IMG/VR virus record: IMGVR_UViG_3300008117_006248 | Coordinates: 1 to 64,000 of that record | Source: a virus | Strand: one strand, 5' to 3' | DNA length: 64,000 nucleotides | Notes under the pieces: model-generated | What the model saw: the letters and a program-made list of their open reading frames with translations, nothing else | Databases searched by the model: none | Told to the model about the DNA's origin: nothing | Shown here: in pieces, positions 34,835 through 44,900 of the stretch | Numbering within the stretch: the stretch's first letter is position 1 | Layout: every line of letters starts with the position of its first letter | Translations under genes and position numbers: made by a program

Positions 34835-37398
34835 GCAACTTTCACGATAATTTTTCTAATGTCAAGCTGCCTTTTCATGGCGTTAGATTGCCTGAATTCA
34901 ATATCGAGTCTCGCTTAAAAAAGCAATATGGGCTAAAAGAAGATTCTTCTAACTACGATTTCTTGATGCAGGTATGCAGAACCAACTTCAAGAAACTAAA
35001 TATCGCCAAAGAAGACTTTCCAAAGTATTCGGAAAGAGTAAAATATGAACTTGAGACCATTAAAGAACTTGGGTTTCTTGATTATATTCTTTTGGTTTGG
35101 ACTGTTATTAACTACTGTAACGAAAATTCCATACCTGTCGGCCTTGGGCGCGGTTCTGCTGCTGGTAGTCTTATTCTTTATTTACTTGGCGTCACGAAGG
35201 TAGATCCAATTAAATACGAACTATTCTTTGAGCGTTTCATTTCTAAGATTCGCGCAAAGAAACAGGTAGTAGATGGAATCACTTATCTTGACGGATCCTT
35301 GATGTGCGATGTCGATATCGATATCTGTTATTATAATCGCCATAAAGTAATTAAGTATCTTGACCAGCTTTTCTCTGGCAGAACTTCGAAAATCCTCACT
35401 CTTACCACCTTGAGCGGCAAACTGCTTATCAAAGAATGCGGTAAAATCATTGAGGAGAAGCAGGAATCAGAAATGAACGATGTAAGCTCTCTGATTCCAA
35501 AGGTGTTCGGCCAAGTGAAAGACTTGAAAGAGGCTTACGCCGAAGTCCCAGAATTTCAAACTTGGTGCGACAATAATCCAAGAGCCTATAAGACAGCTTT
35601 GCGTTTGCGTAATCTTATTAAGAATAAGAGCGTTCACGCCTCCGGGATGATGCTTTCATACTACCCGATAGATCAAAGCTGCCCTGTTGAACTTACCAGC
35701 GACAAAGAACAGGTATCTAGTTATGACATGAATTGGATTTCCATCTTCAATGTAAAACTAGACCTGCTTGGCCTTAGAAGCGTTTCAATTGTTGATAGAG
35801 TCTGCAAGCTTGTCGGGATTAAAGTTTCTGATATTGATTTTAATGATTCTTTAATCTATCAGCAACTTCAAGATCTCAAAACTCCTCATGGATGCTTCCA
35901 AATTGAAGCTGAAACGAACTTTAAGGTATGCAAAAAGGTAAAACCTAAAAACCTAGAAGAACTTAGCGGTGTATTGGCGCTGGCTAGACCTGGAGCATTA
36001 GAGTTCGTAGATCAGTACGCTAACTTTACAAATAATAATGTTTACGAACCGATCCACCCATTCTTCGACTCTGTACTTAGCAAGAGCGGCGGCGTTGCTC
36101 TTTATCAAGAGCAGTTGATGAAAATGTCTAATAAAATCGGATTCACGCTAGACGAAGCAGAAGTTCTTCGGCGTATCGTAGGTAAAAAGAAGGTTGAAGA
36201 GGTGAAGAAATGGAAAGAAAAGATTTCCGATAAAATCAAGGAGAATAATCTAGCCCCAGAAGTCGGAGATATTCTATGGCGTATTCTTGAAAATTCTGCT
36301 AATTATTCTTTCAATAAGTCTCACTCAATGAGCTATGCTGCTTTGGCGGCTTGTACAGTGTATCTCAAGTTCAAGCACTCCAAAGAATTCTTCTTGGCTT
36401 TGCTTGAGATGACGAAGCACGAACCTGCTCCTTTGGAAGAAATATCTAAGATTCAAAAGGAATTGCGTCATTTTGGCATTCAACTTCTTGGGCCTCATAT
36501 CTTAAAATCAGAAACAGATTTTTCTATTCAAGGCAATAATATTAGATTTGGCCTTTCTTCTATTAAGGGCATTTCTGAGAAGACAATGGATAAGCTCAAG
36601 CTTTTCAAGAGTGAGCAATCTAGTAAATTTGAAGTTTTCCAAGCAGCTAAAGAAGTCGGCTTGTCTATTGGCGTATTGTCTGCGTTGATTCAAGCTGGTG
36701 CGCTTGACGGCTTCTCTAGCTCAAGAAGCAGAGTCGTCCTAGAAGCTCAGCTATGGAATGTATTAACAGATAAAGAGAAAGTCCTAGCCATGGAGTATGG
36801 CCCTCAATGCGAAAACGATCTTCTTAAAACTGTTAAAAAACTTTCAGAGACCAAAAATGAGAACGGTAAACTTCTTATCAAAGAAACCCGTTTAGCCACC
36901 ATTAAAAAGAAATATGATCCATATTTAAAGATCTATCAGCAGAATAATAAATCAGAAAGCTTTGCAAACTGGTTTTATGAAAATAAGCTATTAGGCTATA
37001 GCTACGACAAATCTCTCAATGGCATATTCTCGCAAAAAATGCCAAATCTAATCACAACTTCTCAGGCTTTGGAATGCTCTGATAATCAGACAGTTTATGT
37101 GGTTGGCAAGGTTGACGATTCATCCGAATGGATATCTAAAAACGAGAAGAAAACCAAAACATTTAAGATGATTGTTTCTGATGAATTTGGTTCCATCCCA
37201 ATTCTTACTTTCAATGATAAGATAGAATTTAATAAATCAGCAAATGGTGATAAACTACCTGAGAAAGACGATATAGTTATCGTTAAAGGACAAAAGAAAA
37301 AAGACTGCATTTTCGGCGACACAATAGGTATCCAAACCCTCAAAATCTACACAAAATTATCAGAACTGAAAGAAAAAAATCTTGACAATCAAGAGTAA
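34831..37398 (+). CDS. dnaE: DNA polymerase III alpha catalytic core (palm/fingers, HhH, OB) lacking PHP
   Basis: GRGSAAGSL, FERF, CDVDID, HASG, KLDLLGL, YQEQ, YSFNKSH, IRFGLSSIKG. Confidence 0.93.
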   Translation: MSNFHDNFSNVKLPFHGVRLPEFNIESRLKKQYGLKEDSSNYDFLMQVCRTNFKKLNIAKEDFPKYSERVKYELETIKELGFLDYILLVWTVINYCNENSIPVGLGRGSAAGSLILYLLGVTKVDPIKYELFFERFISKIRAKKQVVDGITYLDGSLMCDVDIDICYYNRHKVIKYLDQLFSGRTSKILTLTTLSGKLLIKECGKIIEEKQESEMNDVSSLIPKVFGQVKDLKEAYAEVPEFQTWCDNNPRAYKTALRLRNLIKNKSVHASGMMLSYYPIDQSCPVELTSDKEQVSSYDMNWISIFNVKLDLLGLRSVSIVDRVCKLVGIKVSDIDFNDSLIYQQLQDLKTPHGCFQIEAETNFKVCKKVKPKNLEELSGVLALARPGALEFVDQYANFTNNNVYEPIHPFFDSVLSKSGGVALYQEQLMKMSNKIGFTLDEAEVLRRIVGKKKVEEVKKWKEKISDKIKENNLAPEVGDILWRILENSANYSFNKSHSMSYAALAACTVYLKFKHSKEFFLALLEMTKHEPAPLEEISKIQKELRHFGIQLLGPHILKSETDFSIQGNNIRFGLSSIKGISEKTMDKLKLFKSEQSSKFEVFQAAKEVGLSIGVLSALIQAGALDGFSSSRSRVVLEAQLWNVLTDKEKVLAMEYGPQCENDLLKTVKKLSETKNENGKLLIKETRLATIKKKYDPYLKIYQQNNKSESFANWFYENKLLGYSYDKSLNGIFSQKMPNLITTSQALECSDNQTVYVVGKVDDSSEWISKNEKKTKTFKMIVSDEFGSIPILTFNDKIEFNKSANGDKLPEKDDIVIVKGQKKKDCIFGDTIGIQTLKIYTKLSELKEKNLDNQE

Positions 37399-37417
37399 AA
37401 CCCTCATCATATAACGT

Positions 37418-37993
37418 ATGCTTCAATTCTACAAGCCTAACTCTAAGAATACTGGTTGCGGTTGTTCCTTTAAATATTCTGCCAAGGATGACTGTATTTT
37501 TGTCAATATGATCAAGCAAGCCAGTTGGGATGATCAAACCAAGCGAGGATCATTCGCTGGTAATGCTCAAAACCCAAAGGCGTCTTGCTCTGTAAAGCTC
37601 AGCCTAACGGAGGCCGCTGATATTATTTCTGCCGTCCGTCGTAATGGAGAAGTTTCAGCTTTCCATGATTCTGCGAAACAAGTAACCAGAATCAAGTTCT
37701 CGCCTTATGTTCGACCCACCAAGGATGACCCAAGCAAGACTGCTCAAGTAGGCTATTCTTTTTCAATCTCCAAGGAAAGTAAGGAAAACGCTCAAGACAA
37801 GACGTCTTTTCTAATTGGCTTTACTTTTGGAGAGGGAGTACGTCTTGAGTCTTTCTTTTGCTATGCTCTAGCTAAAAGTTTTGAAAAGGCTTCACTAGAT
37901 CAAGATAATAGATCAGCCGCTATTCCTCCAGCAGCCTCTCCTAAGAAAGAGGAGGCTCCGAAGCAGGAATCGTCGGATGACGATCTATGGTAA
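37418..37993 (+). CDS. Putative ssDNA-binding protein (PC4/Whirly-like) with acidic tail
   Basis: Beta-rich core with VKLSLTEAADII helix; ends ESSDDDLW; follows dnaE; own TTGACA-N17-CATCAT promoter (37382-37410). Confidence 0.45.
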   Translation: MLQFYKPNSKNTGCGCSFKYSAKDDCIFVNMIKQASWDDQTKRGSFAGNAQNPKASCSVKLSLTEAADIISAVRRNGEVSAFHDSAKQVTRIKFSPYVRPTKDDPSKTAQVGYSFSISKESKENAQDKTSFLIGFTFGEGVRLESFFCYALAKSFEKASLDQDNRSAAIPPAASPKKEEAPKQESSDDDLW

Positions 37994-39852
37994 AAAAGAA
38001 AAAGATACTTTATCACAGCGATTTTGCTTTGTCTAAGACTGGCTTTGGTAGAAATACCAAGGCCATTCTTTCTTATTTATATAAGACTGGCAAGTATGAA
38101 ATTGTATCTCTTAGTGGCGGCCTAACATTAAACCATCCAGAGCTAGAAAGAACTCCCTGGAAAAGCTACGGCTCTTATCCTACCTCCGGTGCAGCTTTAG
38201 AAGACGCAAATACAAACTCAGATAAAAGCAGGCTTTATTCTTATGGCGCGTTTGAGTTAGACAAAGTAATAGAATTAGAAAAGCCAGATATATATATTGG
38301 CGTCCAAGATTTTTGGGGAGTAGATTATGCCATCGAAAAGCCTTGGTTCAATAGGCTTAACCATGTACTTTGGGTTACTTTAGATTCTTTACCGCTTCTT
38401 CCTTCTGCCGTAGCTGCTGCTCCTAAAGTTAAAAATTATTGGGTGTGGTCTAGTTTTGCTGAAAAAGAAATGCATAAGCTCGGGCATACTCACGTTAAAA
38501 CTGTTCACGGAGCAATCGACATTTCCGACTTTAAGCCTCTATCAAAAGAAGATAAACGAAGTATAAGAAAAAAGAACGATATTTCTAATGATGACTTTAT
38601 AATTGGTTTCGTTTTTAGAAATCAATTAAGAAAGTCTGTACCAAATCTTCTACAAGGTTTTAAAATTTTCAAAGAGAAAAATCCTCAATGTAAAGCCAAA
38701 CTTCTTTTTCATACACATTGGAAAGAGGGCTGGGGTATTGAAAAGCTGTGCAAAGAAACCGGAGTAGATATAACTGAAATATTAACCACTTATATTTGCA
38801 AAAAGTGCAGAAACTACGATGTGCGCTCGTTCGACGGTCACGAAGTAAACTGCAAGAAGTGCCAAAGCGAAAAGTCTTGCGTTACTACTTCTACATCTTT
38901 AGGAACTACTGAGGCGCAACTCAATGAAGTTTATAATTTGATGGATGTTTACTGTCATCCATTCACAAGCGGAGGCCAAGAAATTCCCATACAAGAAGCA
39001 AAATTAACTGGATTAATTACTCTTGTAACTAATTATAGTTGCGGAGAAGAGATGTGTGTTCCTGAAGCGAACTCTATCCCGCTTGAATGGAGTCAATATA
39101 GAGAATTTGGTACAGAGTTTATTAAAGCTTCCACTTGCCCTAATTCTATTGCTGAAAAATTAGGTATAGTTTTTTCTATGCCTGAAGAACAAAGAATCAA
39201 AATGGGAAGAGCCGCTAGAAAATGGGCTATTGATAATTTTTCTGTAGATAGCGTTGGTCAAAAAATCGAAAAGTTCTTGGATTCTTGCGATGTCAAAGAA
39301 TATACTACGGAAAAAGATCCGCCCAAGCTTAACGATCCAGACGCCTCTATACCAGACACAGAAGACGAAGTCAAGTGGCTAAAATCTTTATACTCTTTAA
39401 TCTTAAAGAGAGATATCGCTGACAATGATGACGGCTTGATTCACTGGATTGAAAAAATTAAAAGCGGCGTTTCAAGGCCAACAATAGATCAATACTTTAG
39501 AGAGGTCGCTCGTAAAGAAAATGACAAAAATAGAACTTTTAAATTAGAAGACTTATTTGGAGACACCCAACCAGAAGATAGAATCTTTGTTTCTATAAAT
39601 TCAACAATAGAAAATATATTCTTATCCACTAAAATAATTTCTTCTATAAAAGAAAAATATCCTAACAAACACATCTTTGTTTCTTCTAATGAGCAAAGCC
39701 AACCCATATTCTCCGGCAACACTAATATAAAAGAAGCATTTATACAAACAAAGCAATTCTCTGATCCAGAATTTTTAAGAAAGAATTTCTTTGAGAGTTA
39801 TTGCTTAGATAATTTTTCAATCAACAATCATCATTCTGTTCTAATCAAATGA
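37987..39852 (+). CDS. Multi-domain GT4 glycosyltransferase with CxxC..CxxC insert
   Basis: TGFGR, RNQLRKS, CKKC..CKKC, GGQEIPIQEA, then a DUF4214-like helical segment (LYSLILKR...DGLIHW). Confidence 0.8.
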   Translation: MVKKKKILYHSDFALSKTGFGRNTKAILSYLYKTGKYEIVSLSGGLTLNHPELERTPWKSYGSYPTSGAALEDANTNSDKSRLYSYGAFELDKVIELEKPDIYIGVQDFWGVDYAIEKPWFNRLNHVLWVTLDSLPLLPSAVAAAPKVKNYWVWSSFAEKEMHKLGHTHVKTVHGAIDISDFKPLSKEDKRSIRKKNDISNDDFIIGFVFRNQLRKSVPNLLQGFKIFKEKNPQCKAKLLFHTHWKEGWGIEKLCKETGVDITEILTTYICKKCRNYDVRSFDGHEVNCKKCQSEKSCVTTSTSLGTTEAQLNEVYNLMDVYCHPFTSGGQEIPIQEAKLTGLITLVTNYSCGEEMCVPEANSIPLEWSQYREFGTEFIKASTCPNSIAEKLGIVFSMPEEQRIKMGRAARKWAIDNFSVDSVGQKIEKFLDSCDVKEYTTEKDPPKLNDPDASIPDTEDEVKWLKSLYSLILKRDIADNDDGLIHWIEKIKSGVSRPTIDQYFREVARKENDKNRTFKLEDLFGDTQPEDRIFVSINSTIENIFLSTKIISSIKEKYPNKHIFVSSNEQSQPIFSGNTNIKEAFIQTKQFSDPEFLRKNFFESYCLDNFSINNHHSVLIK

Positions 39853-41003
39853 ATCTATTAAAGTCTTTTCAATCCACAACTGGTTTAGAGCCCGGCAAAG
39901 GACATATCTATGAAAAAATATATCCACTGCCATTTGATAATTTTATAGTTTTAGATACTCAGTCTGCTGATGCTAACAGGAATTACAGTTTCTGGTTCAG
40001 AGTAATAGAGCTAATCGAACCAATACTATCAAAGCAAAAAATTAATATTGTTCAATTTGTGGAAGACAAGAAGTATCACTTTAATCATACTTATATTGAC
40101 AATAGCGTTCACTTAAGCCAAAAAACCTATCTTCTTAAAAAAGCAAAATTCTTTTGCGGCGCTTCCAAAATATACTCTCTAATCTGTTCTGAGTATGGCG
40201 TGAAGCAATGCTACCTTAAATATGATTACTATTTAGAAAATACTCTAGTAGAAGATGATTGCATCATTCATTCTAATTACAAAAGAAAAAACTTTGTAAA
40301 TCCAACTAATGCTCCAATAAATAATATTAGGCCGGAAGAAATAGCCAGAAAAATTATACAAATGATTTTGGGCTATGAACCTGAATTTGATAGCACAATA
40401 TCTATCGGCAGGGTTTACGCAACTCAAAGCATAGAAATTATTCCCGATAATGTTTTTGATATAAAAGCGGATGGTAAAAATGAAATAATTATAAGAATGG
40501 ATTACCTTTTTTCTGAAGCTCATTTAGATAAGCAGCTTAAGATTTTGCCCGCCTTCATAGTTACGAACAAGCCAATAGATAAAAACATCCTACTACGCAA
40601 TAGAAAAAATATCAAAAAAATATACTTTAAAATAGAAAAAAATTCTGAAGAAAATTTTGTAGCAGAATTAAGCAAAATAGGCATCGATTGTGATCTTATA
40701 ACAGGCTTAACCGGAGAAGATTTAGATAAAGAAAAAATCAAATACCTAGATTTTAAAAAAATCAATAGATTAAATGTTTTAGATTTAAGCTTTCTAGACG
40801 GCCTTGATAAGTCTAAAGTTTATTATAAAGTAAATAAAATCGTGGTAAAGTCTAGTAAAACATTTTGTAGCAGATGGAACGCCAAAGCATCTTTGAGCCA
40901 CTCAAATGTAAGAGAAGCGGAATGCGCTTTGCCGCCTTCTTTCGATGATGCTTTCAAAGAAGAGGCCGACTATTTTTATTTCTTGACAAAAGAGAAGCTG
41001 TAG
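39849..41003 (+). CDS. Hypothetical protein, degenerate GT-B/GT9-like N-terminal half
   Basis: FIVLDT..NYSFW..VIELI, QKTYLLKKAKFFCG, INNIRPEEIA pattern. Confidence 0.45.
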   Translation: MNLLKSFQSTTGLEPGKGHIYEKIYPLPFDNFIVLDTQSADANRNYSFWFRVIELIEPILSKQKINIVQFVEDKKYHFNHTYIDNSVHLSQKTYLLKKAKFFCGASKIYSLICSEYGVKQCYLKYDYYLENTLVEDDCIIHSNYKRKNFVNPTNAPINNIRPEEIARKIIQMILGYEPEFDSTISIGRVYATQSIEIIPDNVFDIKADGKNEIIIRMDYLFSEAHLDKQLKILPAFIVTNKPIDKNILLRNRKNIKKIYFKIEKNSEENFVAELSKIGIDCDLITGLTGEDLDKEKIKYLDFKKINRLNVLDLSFLDGLDKSKVYYKVNKIVVKSSKTFCSRWNAKASLSHSNVREAECALPPSFDDAFKEEADYFYFLTKEKL

Positions 41004-41011
41004 GTCATAAT
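40983..41011 (+). promoter_or_regulatory. Sigma70-like leaderless promoter
   Basis: TTGACA-N17-CATAAT-N6-ATG(41018). Confidence 0.8.
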
Positions 41012-41017
41012 CATCCG

Positions 41018-41710
41018 ATGAGTATTCCTCCAAAAGTTCTCAAGAGAAATGAGTACGGTCTTCTTGAAGACCCTCCCATCCCGTACGTATTTAATGATGA
41101 CGGATACGTTAACTGGCGCAAAATGATCCGTCCAGAGTTCCTTGTGCCTAACAAGCAAAGAACTCAAGAAACCGACATCTCGAAGCTAGAAGATAAAGAC
41201 CTATTGATTCTTTTGGGCGGCATTAAAGAACTCGCTCAAATCAGAGGTTTTACTTGCGTTTCTTATGATGTGCCAGAAGCTGGGCCTAATTACGTAATTG
41301 CTAGTTGCTATATTAATTGGATTGGCAATTATGAGACTTCTAATGTAGATGTGTCTTTCCAAGCCTTGGCTGACGCCTCTCCCGACAATACTCAAAGTTT
41401 TGCAAGAAACTACTTAGCTGCCATTGCCGAAAATAGAGCTTTCGTTAGATGCGTCAGAAACTTTCTAAAGATCAATATTGTCGGCCAAGAAGAAATCGGC
41501 ACAAAGGTTGTTGATGAGCCAGCTCCAGAAAATCCAATGTCTCCTGCTACTGTTCTTTACAATCTCATGAAAGAAAAGAACATCTCTTTTGAGCAAATTC
41601 AAAAGAGACTAGTCAAAGACAAGTACGAAAAGGCAGAAGAAATTACATCTATCAACGACCTTTCTAAGCCAAAGATTTTCGAGCTTATCGAAAGAATTAA
41701 GAAGGCTTAA
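41018..41710 (+). CDS. Putative single-strand annealing protein (Rad52/Sak-like)
   Basis: GIKELAQIRG, ALADAS, AIAENRAFVRCVRNFLKI..EE resembles the A-E-x-R-A-x-x-R helix of Rad52-superfamily SSAPs. Confidence 0.45.
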   Translation: MSIPPKVLKRNEYGLLEDPPIPYVFNDDGYVNWRKMIRPEFLVPNKQRTQETDISKLEDKDLLILLGGIKELAQIRGFTCVSYDVPEAGPNYVIASCYINWIGNYETSNVDVSFQALADASPDNTQSFARNYLAAIAENRAFVRCVRNFLKINIVGQEEIGTKVVDEPAPENPMSPATVLYNLMKEKNISFEQIQKRLVKDKYEKAEEITSINDLSKPKIFELIERIKKA

Positions 41711-41974
41711 TTACCACCTGTTAGCAGGGCAGCTTTCGTAGTCGGCTTTTACTTTCATCGACACGAAACATCCGCAAATCGTGCATCGACCTAGATCTCT
41801 ATCTAGGTCTTTGCATTTACTACATATGTCTAGTCTTTCTTGAGCTTTGTCTTTTTGAGATATTATCGGTCTTCCATTAGCTATTGCTGATCCAGCTTTC
41901 ACCGCAGATCCGCTTAAACTTTTTGAAACCTTCGCTGCTTCTTTAAATAAATCGCTGAAGTCATTTAAGTTCAT
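41711..41974 (-). CDS. Small Cys-rich protein (DUF6171-like)
   Basis: RLDICSKC...RCTICGCFV..K....SCPANRW. Confidence 0.65.
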   Translation of the reverse strand: MNLNDFSDLFKEAAKVSKSLSGSAVKAGSAIANGRPIISQKDKAQERLDICSKCKDLDRDLGRCTICGCFVSMKVKADYESCPANRW

Positions 41975-44900
41975 ATTTTTATTGTTCCTGGAAACATATT
42001 TGCGTATGTAAAATCTATTGCTTTAGAATAAGAGTCTCCGCATCCGTAAGTACAGAATATAGCTTCTCCATTTATTCTCCCATTAGAAACTGATAATGCT
42101 TGCGCCGTTCCTCTTGCATTGGCTTCTATAGTGCCGCCTGCATTATAAAATTGAAAATAAGTATTAGGAACAGTATTAGCTGTCGGGAGCAAAGTCCCCG
42201 GAGGCACATATTTTTCATAGCTATCATTATTTAAACCACGACAACCAATTGCTGTATATCCCCCTACTCCTATTGGCGCGCTATTATTAACGCAAGACGT
42301 TGTTTGTTCTGTAACTATTCCTAATATTTTTCTTCTAAATGTTCTTAAATAACTTTCTTTAAATGCTCCCGCCATCAAAGGGTGCAAGAAAGGCTTAAAG
42401 CTTAAAGTCATTGAATCTTCAGAAGAAACTTTATATATTCCTTGAGCCAAACCTAAAGGCTCAGCTTTATCTGATTTTAATTCTACTCTTCCTACACTTC
42501 TAGAAGCAGAAACTGCAATAGAAGAGTTTATTGGCAAATAAAGACTAGCTTCATTTGTTAGGGCTTCTTTTGTTCCATTTGTATTAAATGAAATCAAATC
42601 AAATTCATTATCTCCTAAAGACGACTCGAACCAAGCATTATAAGAATTCTTTTGATCTACAGCCCAAATCATTGGTAAAATAACTCTAACTTCATTAAGA
42701 TTATTTATCCCCATAACTAGTCTATTGAACATCTCTGCTCTAGGCAGCATGTTTGGCAAAGGACCGAAGCCGTATTGCCCATCTCCTCTCACAGAAAGAG
42801 GCAGCAGCGTGAGCCATGGAGGAGGAGTAAACCTGCTCGTAGAGAAAACTGCTGCGCTGCCATCTGGCACAACAGTCAAATTATTTAAAGAAAACAATTC
42901 TGGAACCCCACCATCAGCGCTCTTTTGTTCTACATTTGGATTTAAAGAAACTGGAGTTATAGCACTAGAATCTTTTGTTGGCTCTATTGTGCTTGAAATC
43001 GTCGAGTCTTCCACTTCGCTCACGCCCGCGTCCGTATCTTCGGTATAAATTTGGCTATTTTCTAGTGGATTTGTAAATTTATCTGTATATAATTTTGAAA
43101 TTATATTCCAAGTTTCATCTAATATTCCTATAGAAGACACATCTTTCTCTTCTGGCGTTGCGTCAAGATCGTAAAAAGCTACAGAATTTTCTGAGTTTGG
43201 CTGCTCTTCTGGTATAGAAAAATTTAAATATTCATCGAGCCTAGCCTTTTGCTCTACGGAAAAAGGATTTCCATTGTTTTGCTCAAGTCTTTGTTTGTCA
43301 GAATATACGCTTGCCAGTCTCACTCCGCCTTCAATAGACGCTTTTAGATTGTCTCTATCAAAAGAATTATTCTGCAAAACCAATACGCTCCTGTTTATAT
43401 TTAAATCATTAGCTACTATTTGGAAAGATCTTTTAACAAAAGGAACAAGGTCTGTGAAAGTCTGCTCTCTTTTGCTTTGTAAATTTTTGAATAAAGAATA
43501 ACCGTGCCCCGGATCAGTTATTTGTATGCCCACTATTTTTCCATATTCATTTAACTTTACTATTCCCTCTGCTCGCTTGCCGCCCTGCGACTCAGGAACT
43601 AAGTTTGGAGGAGGTATTTTTAAAGTAGGAGGAATAAGGAATACATCTTTAGGCACTGAAGGTAAAAGAATAGAATTTACTGTACCTTCTAATACTGGAT
43701 CTCTGTAAAAAACATCATATTCGCACGCTAATTTATAAAATATTTTAAAGTCAAATGTAGACGACGAAGATCTCCCATCTGAAGTTGTGATGCCTTTCAG
43801 TTCATCATATTTATAAAAACCAGCTTCAGGTATTCTAATGCCCCTCAAAACTGGGCTATTTAAGTCTAAATTTATCTTTTTGTCTTTTTCGCTTCTTGTT
43901 TCGGCATTTAATGGCACATACTTATCGTAAGCAATGTATCTCCAGTAAGGTGGAATTAGTAATTTAGAAAAACTCAGAGACTTTGTCCTTCCACTTGATG
44001 TGCATTCTACTTCATGTTTTACCACCAGAAGTCTTAAGTTATCATTTTTGTTATCTTCTAATTCGTCTATTCTATCAAATAAAGATCTTTGCGCCGCGAT
44101 AATATCCACATCTCGCTCTATTGATAAAACAAATTTTTGAGATTTGGTAAAGAAACCAAATTTTTTGTTTTCCGTAGCCGAAGTCGTAGTTGGATCTTTT
44201 GTTATTGTTATTGCTTTAGTTAAATCTACATAAGAAGCTCCACTTTTATATTGTAATTTTACCTGGAAAAGCGTTGTTTTAATTGATATTTTATTTTCAA
44301 AAAAAGAATAGTCGAAAAAGTCATCATTTATTTTCCAGAATAAAACTATCGATTTATTAGCTAATCCTTCTTTGTTAGTTATTATACATGGATGTATTTC
44401 TGTAACTGAAGCTGGATAAAAATACCCCTTTGTTTCATTATTTGTTTTTGTATAATTAGGCTCATAGTAGAAAAAATCATTTCCTACTCCATTCGTAAAA
44501 TAATAATTTCCTATATCCAATCCTTTAAAAACTGAAGTATCTAAAAAACCATGCGAATAAGTGGGTTCTGCGCTCGTAATCTCATCACCTTGAATTGATT
44601 CTGTCCGATTATTTGATATTGTATAAACCTCAGAAAATTTAGTATATATTTCGTATCTTAAAGTTGCTGGATTAACTACATCTATTATATTTGTTGATAT
44701 AGAAGAATCTATTGGTCTTTGTGGTTCTGCATTGTCTATGTTATCAAAGAAAAGAGTCTTTTGCTCTGTAGTTTGAGGCGTAAACCTATCAAAACTAACC
44801 TTTATATAAAAATCAAAATACCCTCCAGAGTCTGATCTTATTATAGATTGCTTATTAAAATTAAAAATATAACCACTAATTTTTCCTTTGCTATCTTTTC

